A stretch of 64,000 bases of DNA, taken from the IMG/VR virus record IMGVR_UViG_3300027541_000721, positions 1-64,000 of that record; one strand, written 5' to 3'. A program made the translations under genes and the position numbers. Source of the DNA: an uncultured virus (IMG/VR IMGVR_UViG_3300027541_000721) (Duplodnaviria > Heunggongvirae > Uroviricota > Caudoviricetes). How positions within the stretch are numbered: the stretch's first letter is position 1; every line of letters begins with the position of its first letter. Positions 1 to 8,700 of the stretch are shown one piece after another. Under the pieces are notes generated by a model. It had not been told where the DNA came from. It made no database searches and worked only from the letters and a program-made list of their open reading frames with translations.

Positions 1-9
1 CAAACAAAT

Positions 10-198
10 TTACGAATAGTTTTCAAATAGTCTAACATTTTCCCTAATTTCCATAAATTCATTATAACATTTTTGATCATGTGAACATTGACGAAGTTCC
101 TGATCTGGTTTTAATACAGATTCCACAAAGAGATCCAAACCTCTGTTCCATTTTATGTCTTTAGATTCTTCACTATAACTTAATTGTTGATTGTTCAT
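10..198 (-). CDS. Conserved cyanophage-type hypothetical protein; C-terminus possibly frameshifted near the window edge
   Basis: ORF track; KWNRGLDLFVESVLKPD...LRQC.H.QKCY.E.MEIRE resembles small cyanomyophage proteins (from memory); ATGA overlap with the upstream ORF. Confidence 0.6.
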   Translation of the reverse strand: MNNQQLSYSEESKDIKWNRGLDLFVESVLKPDQELRQCSHDQKCYNEFMEIRENVRLFENYS

Positions 199-359
199 CT
201 TTTTTCAATCCTAATGGGACAAGATGGAATAGTTTTCTTTACTTCCAAAACAATTTCATTTTTTTGTTGTTCGGTAAGACCTACTATTTTTTGCAACCTA
301 TTGATAATACTAAGTGCCTGAGTACAGGAAATCACGGTTGTAGAAATTAATACAACCAT
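195..359 (-). CDS. Small hypothetical protein, 54 aa (MVVLISTTVISCTQALSIINRLQK...IPSCPIRIEKR)
   Basis: Hand-translated, below the ORF-track cutoff; its TGA overlaps the ATG of 10..198 (ATGA). Confidence 0.65.
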   Translation of the reverse strand: MVVLISTTVISCTQALSIINRLQKIVGLTEQQKNEIVLEVKKTIPSCPIRIEKR

Positions 360-393
360 AACTTTCGATATATACTGTTAATATTTAACAATG

Positions 394-570
394 TCACCAA
401 CTATCCTTTTCTTTTTTTCTAAGTGATTTTAATTCTTGATATAAAGACTTAACCTGTTGATGTGCATCTTCTGGACTTAATTTTCCAGAAATTTCGAGTC
501 CTGCTATAATAGCAACACGATCGCCAAAATTTGCAAGTGCTATTTCATATGGGGAAAGTTCTTTATACAT
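394..570 (-). CDS. Small hypothetical protein, 58 aa, resembling a small cyanobacterial protein family
   Basis: Hand-translated MYKELSPYEIALANFGDRVAIIAGLEISGKLSPEDAHQQVKSLYQELKSLRKKEKDSW; starts 2 nt after the stop of 573..776. Confidence 0.7.
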   Translation of the reverse strand: MYKELSPYEIALANFGDRVAIIAGLEISGKLSPEDAHQQVKSLYQELKSLRKKEKDSW

Positions 571-572
571 TT

Positions 573-776
573 TTAAAATCCTTTTTTTGTTGATTTATCG
601 TGAACAGTGATAATATCTAAAAAATCTGGAATTCTGCAATTTTCAAACCAAAAATTTCTTACATCTTCATAATAATCAAACTTCTTTGTTGTATTATTTT
701 TTAATAATACTTTATAATAATGTCTATCATAAAGACCATCCGAAGTTTGAGAAAACAAACTTGGTAAATTAACCAT
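573..776 (-). CDS. Hypothetical protein
   Basis: ORF track; tightly packed in a same-strand operon, 1-nt overlap with 776..1012. Confidence 0.65.
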   Translation of the reverse strand: MVNLPSLFSQTSDGLYDRHYYKVLLKNNTTKKFDYYEDVRNFWFENCRIPDFLDIITVHDKSTKKGF

Positions 777-1012
777 TATGCAACCAAAAGCAAATCATCA
801 GACCAAACTGGAATAAACGAATTCCAATCCAATTCTTTATCTTCAAGATAATAGCACAGTTCATCCTCATCTTCAGGAAGTTGTTCAGAATTCAAAAGAA
901 AGAAGTCTGAAATTCCCAATGTTTGTTTCCCATCTTCATCTTCAATGGTAGCAACCACTTCTACATGATTTTTAATTTGACGAACAGTTTCAATAAGATT
1001 CACGTAAATCAT
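776..1012 (-). CDS. Acidic hypothetical protein
   Basis: ORF track; ATGA overlap with 1009..1209. Confidence 0.65.
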   Translation of the reverse strand: MIYVNLIETVRQIKNHVEVVATIEDEDGKQTLGISDFFLLNSEQLPEDEDELCYYLEDKELDWNSFIPVWSDDLLLVA

Positions 1013-1209
1013 TTTTTAGTTTTCCTCTGTTGTTTGGCAATAAAGTTTTTTGCAGATTGTAGATTATTAGCTGTATGGACTTGATATCCATTATTAATAA
1101 TCACATATTTAGTGTTACCATATGGAATTGCAGCCCACATTCCATCTCTAGTTACATAAGAAGAATAAGGTTCTGGTTCTTCCAAAGGTCTAAATGCAAC
1201 AATGGTCAT
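1009..1209 (-). CDS. Hypothetical protein
   Basis: ORF track; overlaps coupled to neighbours on both sides. Confidence 0.65.
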   Translation of the reverse strand: MTIVAFRPLEEPEPYSSYVTRDGMWAAIPYGNTKYVIINNGYQVHTANNLQSAKNFIAKQQRKTKK

Positions 1210-1346
1210 CGAGAGTAATCATCGAAATCAAGATCAAAGTATAGTTCTTCCAAGTCTTCGGTGTCAATTCCCAAATAACTTGCAAATTCATCCAGATCCT
1301 TGTTTTTAATTTCGGTTAAAATTTCTTGCTCTAACTGGTTGTTCAT
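1206..1346 (-). CDS. Small very acidic protein, 46 aa (MNNQLEQEILTEIKNKDLDEFASYLGIDTEDLEELYFDLDFDDYSR)
   Basis: Hand-translated; GGAG Shine-Dalgarno upstream; ATGA overlap with 1009..1209. Confidence 0.65.
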   Translation of the reverse strand: MNNQLEQEILTEIKNKDLDEFASYLGIDTEDLEELYFDLDFDDYSR

Positions 1347-1361
1347 GAGACATTTTCTCCA

Positions 1362-1511
1362 TTAGTATCCATATCTGGAGATCATATCATCCATTCGATC
1401 ATTATCACGATATTCATCTTCGAAGTCTTCAAGATCTTCACTGCTTTCATTTACGAAAAGTTCTTCGTAAATTGTATCTGAATCTTTTTCTAGATAGATT
1501 TTTGAAGTCAT
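1362..1511 (-). CDS. Small very acidic protein (start probably MTSKIY, not the GTG at 1550)
   Basis: ORF track 1362..1550; the upstream GTG lies inside the 5' hairpin of the early transcript, so the internal ATG is preferred. Confidence 0.55.
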   Translation of the reverse strand: MTSKIYLEKDSDTIYEELFVNESSEDLEDFEDEYRDNDRMDDMISRYGY

Positions 1512-1576
1512 AAGAAGAAAGAAGGGTACAAGTTTATATAGTAGACACAATCACAGTTTTATGGTTGTGTCTTAAT

Positions 1577-1605
1577 ATCTTAACGATTGTATTCTCATAT
1601 GTCAA
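1577..1605 (-). promoter_or_regulatory. Sigma70-type early promoter
   Basis: Minus strand TTGACA (1605-1600), 17-nt spacer, TAAGAT (1582-1577), facing the cluster of small ORFs. Confidence 0.8.
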
Positions 1606-1670
1606 GATAAAAACCAAGATACCCCCCGTATGAAAAAATTAAAATAGTATATCAATATTTTATTGCCTTA

Positions 1671-1940
1671 TCACTCTGCAGCAGGCCAAATGTCCTCAGC
1701 AAGTTTTGCTTCGCCAGTTGTAATTGCAGATTGTAGATCTGAAATATCTTCTCCAGAATTAACAATTTCTTCATCAGAAACAACAAGTTTCAGATGCCCA
1801 ACATTACGTTCAATATTAGATTTTAATTCTTTAGAAGGTGTTTTTCCCCCATCTAATTTTGCAATAGTATCTTCAATCACCCAAACACTATCTCTAGCTG
1901 CAGTAATTGTTCGTAAAATTTGTTCTTGAGTTCTTTCCAT
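1671..1940 (-). CDS. Small helical protein, possibly a tail-fibre-associated chaperone
   Basis: ORF track; DSVWVI...IERNVGHLKLV resembles small proteins found downstream of phage fibre genes (from memory); last gene of the late cassette. Confidence 0.55.
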   Translation of the reverse strand: MERTQEQILRTITAARDSVWVIEDTIAKLDGGKTPSKELKSNIERNVGHLKLVVSDEEIVNSGEDISDLQSAITTGEAKLAEDIWPAAE

Positions 1941-1941
1941 T

Positions 1942-2856
1942 TTAAGATCCTATAAAGTTACTAGACTCTTCTGAGTCTTGATTGTTTATATTTATATTTA
2001 TATTAACTTCACTATTTTTATCTAATTCAAGATCTCTCCAAAATTCAAGACCTTTACATCTTGATAAAATACTTTCCGAGAGTACTTCTTCTGGAGGTAA
2101 AGAAGTTTTTTTCAATTCTTTTCTGACTTGATGCATATCACTCAAACCATAAGTAGCAGCATCATTCTCATTATTGATATTAATGAGATTATTGAATTCG
2201 TGTTCATAATATTCTTCATCGAGAAACTCATAAATTTCTTTCATCGTTTCTTCTGGAGAATTAACAAGATTATCGTATTCAACAAAATGTAAATATTTTT
2301 CTTGTCCTTTCATTAATACATTTCTAATTCCCAAATAACTTTGTCCAAGAATTCCAGATTCACTAACAAGAAATTCACATCGATTATCATCTGTTAATGG
2401 AATATTAGATTTAATCAACATCTCATCAATAAAATTTATTTTTCCATTTACTTCATATGGATTGCGATGATGTATCGAAATAAAAGATGCTAAAATTTCA
2501 TCAATATTTCTAACGGGGCAAATAATCTTTGGTGTAATTCCTAAGTAACCTTCGATATAATGAATTCGATTGACCCAAGATCTATTTTTATCAAAAATTA
2601 CTGGTTTTTCTACATCATAATAATACTGTTGAATGATATTAGAAATAATCATCGATGCTTGTTCTGGTTTTGGATATGCCAAAAACAATTCATCCTGAGA
2701 CAATTGTTGTTCTAGCATAGCCATTAACCCAGTTACAGGAGAACTGGGTCCAGAATAAAATCTTGGATTTTGATTTAAAATACTAGATAAAATTGTGCTT
2801 CCCGAACGAGGAAGTCCTGCCATAAAATAATATGTTTTTTGCATGGGTTCTGTCAT
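1942..2856 (-). CDS. PAPS-dependent sulfotransferase (Sulfotransfer_3-like)
   Basis: 5'-PSB loop FMAGLPRSGSTIL, DKNRSW, KIICPVRN...ILAS 3'-PB-like motif, VEYDNLV..PEETMKEIYEFL. Confidence 0.85.
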   Translation of the reverse strand: MTEPMQKTYYFMAGLPRSGSTILSSILNQNPRFYSGPSSPVTGLMAMLEQQLSQDELFLAYPKPEQASMIISNIIQQYYYDVEKPVIFDKNRSWVNRIHYIEGYLGITPKIICPVRNIDEILASFISIHHRNPYEVNGKINFIDEMLIKSNIPLTDDNRCEFLVSESGILGQSYLGIRNVLMKGQEKYLHFVEYDNLVNSPEETMKEIYEFLDEEYYEHEFNNLININNENDAATYGLSDMHQVRKELKKTSLPPEEVLSESILSRCKGLEFWRDLELDKNSEVNINININNQDSEESSNFIGS

Positions 2857-2865
2857 GGTGTTAAT

Positions 2866-3768
2866 TTACTGAGCATCAACGGATTTAACAATTTCATGGA
2901 AATCGAATAGTTCTATCCCTTCTTCGTAGGGATACTCAACTTCATTACCATTAAAATCAAAATCAAAAAGATAACTTCCTGGCAATTTAAAATCATATGG
3001 TACTGTTGTGCAGATATTGTGGTGAATATCATATCCAAATACTTTTGGACTAGTCCCATTCCACAAAACTGTCGATGATTTATTTAGGGCAGCAGATGCA
3101 TGTTGCACACAGGAATCAATTAAGATTCTTTTTTTTGCATGGAGGACAATACTAAAATACTCCATTAAACTTAATGAGTTTTCTGGTGTTGCAAAAATAT
3201 GTTCTGCACCCTCTAACTTTGGAGAATTAATTTTTGTAAGTTGAATAATATGATATTCTGATTTGTAATAATCCGCAAGTCTTTCTGCGAGATCAAATGG
3301 CATATCTCTTGTCCAGGAATATGGTTTTGCATCGGCAGTCATGAGTCCACCATTAGTGTGGATAATCATGACTGGTTTTTCTCTCTGCCAAAATTCCTTT
3401 GATATACTATGTTGAAGTTTATTAAATCTTATTTCTGGTTTTTCTCCAGAATATTTGATGCCATACAAATCACACCAATTCTCGATTAAACGTTTGCGTT
3501 TGTGAATATGGTTAGTTGTATAATATGGTTCATTATGGAATAAAATAGAATCTTTATCTTGAATATATTCTTGATAAAAATATTGCGTCGATCCTAGAGT
3601 ATAAACTCTATGAACATACGGAAGATTTATAAAAATATCCGCATATGCACAGACTACAACTAGTTTTCTATCTGGATGGTTTGCTTTAATTGCTTTTGCT
3701 ACTGCAGTTGCTGCAATGTGCTTACCAATGCCACCTTGAACATGAAAAATACTATACTTTGATTTCAT
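2866..3768 (-). CDS. GT-B glycosyltransferase, GT9 (heptosyltransferase)-like
   Basis: N-terminal GGIGKHIAATAVAKAIKANHPDRKLVV and C-terminal ILIDSCVQHASAALNKSSTVLW match GT9 patterns (GD...P / DSG..H.AAAL..P.V.L). Confidence 0.65.
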   Translation of the reverse strand: MKSKYSIFHVQGGIGKHIAATAVAKAIKANHPDRKLVVVCAYADIFINLPYVHRVYTLGSTQYFYQEYIQDKDSILFHNEPYYTTNHIHKRKRLIENWCDLYGIKYSGEKPEIRFNKLQHSISKEFWQREKPVMIIHTNGGLMTADAKPYSWTRDMPFDLAERLADYYKSEYHIIQLTKINSPKLEGAEHIFATPENSLSLMEYFSIVLHAKKRILIDSCVQHASAALNKSSTVLWNGTSPKVFGYDIHHNICTTVPYDFKLPGSYLFDFDFNGNEVEYPYEEGIELFDFHEIVKSVDAQ

Positions 3769-3792
3769 ACCGAATAATCAATTTATCTAAAC

Positions 3793-3800
3793 TATGTATA
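3793..3800 (-). promoter_or_regulatory. Candidate T4-type late promoter variant TATACATA
   Basis: One mismatch to TATAAATA, about 25 nt upstream of the GT9-like ATG. Confidence 0.45.
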
Positions 3801-3816
3801 ACGATATTATGATCGA

Positions 3817-5115
3817 TTAAATTAAAGCATCTCTCTTTAAAATTGTTAATCCATTATTGTTTGTTTTATACTTATAAAATTTCCAATGAGGATTCATCAT
3901 TACAAACTCAATAACTGCAGACAATAATCCTCTATTGTCCTTTCCATCTTCTCCTTTGAGACCAAATGTATGTGTATCATGAAATGCAATATACTTTTGT
4001 GCCTTGTTTCCGTGAAGATTTAATTCTTGTTTGAGTTGATTGTATACGTGGAAAGTATCGATAAACAATAAATCAACCTCTTCAATTTCTATATCAAGAA
4101 CATCTGCTTGAATATATTCAACAGATTTTCCTTGTTGTTTAGCAATATCAAAAAGTTTTTTGACATTTGAATCCAACACAATATCAAAAGAAAGGAGTTT
4201 GACATCTGTATTCAAAAATGCCCTAGTACTAACTCCTGTTCTTACTCCCATTTCTACTACAGTCTTACATTCATTTGCTAATTCATAAAGTTCATGAACG
4301 TTTTCGTTGATATCACTTGTTATTTTTCTTGCTCTTTGATATTCTAAATCAAATATATCAGTCTTTACACTTTTATTTTTACGTTGTTGTGCATAAAAAT
4401 TTATCATATTATGCGGGATGTCCCAGTTTTTTCCGTTGATAAAATGATCATATGATATCAAATTCTTTGAATCTAATTCAATCCGTTTTGAAATATCACT
4501 ATCGGGATCGTTAAACTTTGTAAGAGTTTCTGAAATAGTCCCTTTGATTTTATTTGAATTGATTGCGTAAATATTTTTTGCAGACTGTGCAAAGAAATCA
4601 TCACCATACCAGACTTGATATAAAGATGGTATTATTTTATATGATTCTCTTAGCATAAACATACAAATTCCAAATGCCCACGACTGAGATCCAATAGGTC
4701 TTTTGGGATCATAATTTAATTTTACAATCTCTTCCTTTGTATCAATATAGTCATCAATTTTATAATTATTTTGCCTTCCCTGTAAATTTACACCAATTAA
4801 GTCTCCATCCGAAAGATTAAAATCAATAATCATATCAAATACTTCAGAAGATACTTCAATATCGTCGTTTAATATACCTATAATTTTAGATTTTGATCTA
4901 TAATATCCTTCATTCCAAGCAGGATTTACGAAAATATTTTTGCCATATGAAATGATATCAATTTTTGGGTGATTTAAAATCTCGTATGATGGTCTTTTTG
5001 ATTGGTTGTTATCAATAATAATAATTTTATTAATTGATTTGTGGTCGGCATAAATTTGCAGAGATTCTTTGAAGTTATTTGCAAACCACATAGTTGGAAT
5101 AATAATATCAATCAT
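3817..5115 (-). CDS. GT2-like glycosyltransferase fused to a class I SAM methyltransferase (Methyltransf_24-like)
   Basis: N-terminal IDIIIPT...IIIIDN...NPAWNEG...ILNDDI...YGDD (GT-A); C-terminal VVEMGVRTGVST...LLFIDTFH...IAFHDT. Confidence 0.8.
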   Translation of the reverse strand: MIDIIIPTMWFANNFKESLQIYADHKSINKIIIIDNNQSKRPSYEILNHPKIDIISYGKNIFVNPAWNEGYYRSKSKIIGILNDDIEVSSEVFDMIIDFNLSDGDLIGVNLQGRQNNYKIDDYIDTKEEIVKLNYDPKRPIGSQSWAFGICMFMLRESYKIIPSLYQVWYGDDFFAQSAKNIYAINSNKIKGTISETLTKFNDPDSDISKRIELDSKNLISYDHFINGKNWDIPHNMINFYAQQRKNKSVKTDIFDLEYQRARKITSDINENVHELYELANECKTVVEMGVRTGVSTRAFLNTDVKLLSFDIVLDSNVKKLFDIAKQQGKSVEYIQADVLDIEIEEVDLLFIDTFHVYNQLKQELNLHGNKAQKYIAFHDTHTFGLKGEDGKDNRGLLSAVIEFVMMNPHWKFYKYKTNNNGLTILKRDALI

Positions 5116-5753
5116 AGATTATAACTCTTTTCAAAATTTCCTTTATACATTTTATTACCAATATGAGATACTGTGTGCTTTGGGTTTAACCAAATATCGT
5201 ATCCCAACTCAGTTATTTTTTTAGTTAATGCAATATCTTCTCCAACAAAACTTCCGTTTTCAAAGGTATACTCACAAATATTTTTTAAAGGCTTGTTGCG
5301 AAACAGTAATTCTGTGTTTGTATTCCACAAATCAACAATAACTTTACGAGTCAATTTGAGAAATCCTGTCCCGCATTTTTTAATTTTGATGTATCCATCA
5401 ACATCTTTTTGTATATCATCATTTAACCACACGTTATATTCAATTTTTTTATCTCCCTTATTTACGACAGGGACCGTTATAACATCTTTTTCTGATTGGA
5501 TAATTTCAATTAATGCTCTTTCATCCCAATATTCATCATCATCGATGAATACCATTACATCATAATTTTCGTCATAAGCAAGTTTAAAAAGTTCATTCCT
5601 AGCCATCGGAAGAATACTTTCATTTGCTAGAAAAACACATTTAATATCTAAATTGTTTTTAAGTCCTAATTTAATAGATTCACATAAACTATGGACGAAA
5701 TAAGCATCAACTTTTTGATCAAGACACGGTGTAGCAATTAAAACTTTTTTCAT
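5112..5753 (-). CDS. GT-A/GT2-like glycosyltransferase
   Basis: KVLIATP...ARNEL...FIDDDE (DxD)...GTGFL...GED...W.....V.HIG. Confidence 0.8.
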   Translation of the reverse strand: MKKVLIATPCLDQKVDAYFVHSLCESIKLGLKNNLDIKCVFLANESILPMARNELFKLAYDENYDVMVFIDDDEYWDERALIEIIQSEKDVITVPVVNKGDKKIEYNVWLNDDIQKDVDGYIKIKKCGTGFLKLTRKVIVDLWNTNTELLFRNKPLKNICEYTFENGSFVGEDIALTKKITELGYDIWLNPKHTVSHIGNKMYKGNFEKSYNL

Positions 5754-5790
5754 ATAGTCTCATACATCATATACTATGTATGAGACTATA
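5753..5790 (-). promoter_or_regulatory. Perfect 15-bp inverted repeat covering the RBS and start of the GT gene, with a late-promoter-like CATACATA at its apex
   Basis: TATAGTCTCATACAT-8 nt-ATGTATGAGACTATA; on the minus strand the 3' arm ends on the A of the ATG. Confidence 0.7.
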
Positions 5791-5793
5791 ATA

Positions 5794-8700
5794 TCAAGAG
5801 TTTTCTAGTAAATCTAATCTAGTTTTTAATATATCAACTTCTTCTGATAATTCCTTCACTGCATTTACAAGAACTGGAATCATATGATCTGATGTCAGTT
5901 TTAGATTTTCTGGATCTTTTGAATCCACAATAACAGGATTTTCTCCTTCTGCTTCTAAAACATTCTGAGCACTGAATCCATATCTGCGTTTTCCTTCATC
6001 ATCTTTTAATTCACCAGTTTCACGGTTTTTGAATGCATATTCAATAGGAGTAATATTTTGAAGGAATCCTCTACCGTGAGGAACAGGTCCAAAAATACAC
6101 TTATCACGACAGTCAGAAACTACTGTCCAAGCAACTTGAATAAGAGCATTTGTATGAGCATTATTTCCCATAATAATGTGATTGTTTTGTGTTGTGACAT
6201 TACACAATCCACCCACTCCAACTCCAGAACTACATCCAAAGAAGATATTATTGGATCCAGTGGTGTTGTTGCGACCAGCAGCAGTTCCAAAGAAGTTGTT
6301 GTAGCATCCAGTGGTGTTGCAGCAACCAGCATTAAATCCAAAGAAGTTGTTGTTGGATCCAGTGGTGTTGGAGTAACCAGCATATCTTCCAATAAAGGTG
6401 TTGTAGCATCCAGTGGTGTTTCTGAAACCAGCACTTTCTCCAAAGAAGTTGTTGCAGGATCCATTGGCGTTGCAGTAACCAGCACTACTTCCAAAGAAGT
6501 TGTTGTTGCATCCAGAGGTGTTAAATCGACCAGCATTACATCCAAAGAAGGTGTTGTTGGATCCAGAGGTGTTGGAGAAACCAGCACTTTGTCCAAAGAA
6601 GTTGTTGTGGCATCCAGTGGTGTTGCAGTAACCAGCACTATTTCCAATAAAGGTGTTGTAACGTCCAGTGGTGTTGTATCGACCAGCACTACTTCCAATG
6701 AAGGTGTTATTGGATCCAGTGGTGTTGGAGAAACCAGCACATCTTCCAATAAAGGTGTTAGCGACTCCAAGGGTGTTGCATCGACCAGCACTCTCTCCAA
6801 AGAAGTTGTTGAAGTTTCCAGTGGTGTTGCTGGATCCAGCAAATGGTCCAAAGAAGTTGTTGTTGATTCCAGTGGTGTTGGAGAAACCAGCACTATTTCC
6901 AAAGAAGTTGTTATTGTCTCCAAAGGTGTTGCATCGACCAGCATATCTTCCAATAAAGGTGTTGCTGTTTCCAGAGGTGTTGGAGCAACCAGCACTTAAT
7001 CCAAAGAAGGTGTTATTGGCTCCAGCGGTGTTGGAGCAACCAGCACTTCTTCCAATAAAGGTGTTGTGGCATCCAGTGGTGTTGTTGCGACCAGCATTAC
7101 ATCCAAAGAAGTTGTTGTAGGATCCAGTGGTGTTGTATCGACCAGCATTACGTCCAATAAAGGTGTTGTTGGATCCAGTGGTGTTGCATCGACCAGTATA
7201 ACATCCAAAGAAGGTGTTGTAGGATCCAGTAGTGTTGTATCGACCAGCACCATATCCAATAAAGGTGTTGTTAGTTCCAGTGGTGTTGCAGTAACCAGCA
7301 CTAGCTCCAATAAAGGTGTTGTTGGATCCAGTGGTGTTGTATCGACCAGCAAAAGGTCCAAAGAAGTTGTTGTTAAATCCCGTGGTGTTGGAGTAACCAG
7401 CATATCTTCCAATAAAGGTGTTGTAGACTCCAGTGGTGTTGCAGTAACCAGCACTTATTCCAAAGAAGTTGTTGTCACGTCCAGTGGTGTTTCTGAAACC
7501 AGCACTTTCTCCAAAGAAGTTGTTGCAGGATCCAGTGGTGGTGCAGTAACCAGCACATCTTCCAAAGAAGTTGTTGTTAAATCCAGTGGTGTTGTATCGA
7601 CCAGCTTTGGATCCAATAAAGGTGTTGTGGCATCCAGTGGTGTTTCTGCAACCAGTATATTGTCCAAAGAAGTTGTTGTTGGATCCATCGGTATTGCACT
7701 GACCAGCACAATAACCAGCAAAGAAGTTGTGTAATCCATAGCCACCACCATTTCCTGCTTCTGAACTATAGATGGTTCCACAAGAACCACTTAAAGTGAA
7801 TTCTCCACTAAATGCAGATCCATTAATAAAAAGACCATTATCATTAACCTTTAGTCTTTCACAAGTACCAGCAGCAAGAACTACAGTATTTGTAAGTCCA
7901 TAAGTTCCAGTATAAGTACCAATTATGAGGTTATTAGATCCTATTACTACGGAGCAACCAGCATTACATCCAAAGAAGGTGTTGTTGGATCCAGAGGTGT
8001 TGGAGAAACCAGCACTTTGTCCAAAGAAGTTGTTGTGGCATCCAGTGGTGTTGAAGCCACCAGCACTAAGTCCAAAGAAGTTGTTGTAGCATCCAGTGGT
8101 GTTGAAGAAACCAGCAGCATTTCCAAAGAAGGTGTTGTTGGATCCAGTGGTGTTTAAGGCACCAGCACTTTGTCCAATAAAGGTGTTGTAGGATCCAGTG
8201 GTGTTGGAGGAACCAGCACCTTGTCCAAAGAAGTTGTTGTTGCATCCAATGGTGTTGGAGCAACCAGCAGAAGGTCCAAAGAAGTTGTTGTTGAATCCAG
8301 AGGTGTTTTGGTTACCAGCCCAGCCTCCAAAGAAGTTGTTATTGGTTCCAGTGGTGTTGTTTTCACCAGCAGCACGTCCAATAAAGGTGTTGTAGGATCC
8401 AGTGGTGTTGCATCGACCAGCACAATAACCAGCAAAGAAGTTGCTGCCTCCATAACCACCATTTCCTGCTTGTGAACTATGAATGGTTCCACAAGAACCA
8501 CTTAAAGTGAATTCTCCACCACCACCACCAGTAAATGCAGATCCATTAATAAAAAGACCACTATCATTAACCTTAAGTCTTTGGCAACTACCAGCAGCAA
8601 GAACTACAGTATTTGTAAGTCCATAAGTTCCACAATAAGAACCAATTATGAGGTTATTAGATCCTGTTACTACGGAGCAACCAGCATTACATCCAAAGAA

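Noticed and set aside
1942..5753. DNA hypermodification cluster
   Set aside because: Not favoured: no nucleotide kinase, hydroxymethylase or base-modifying partner is adjacent, and the genes lie in a late fibre operon. It is not formally excluded without nucleoside analysis.
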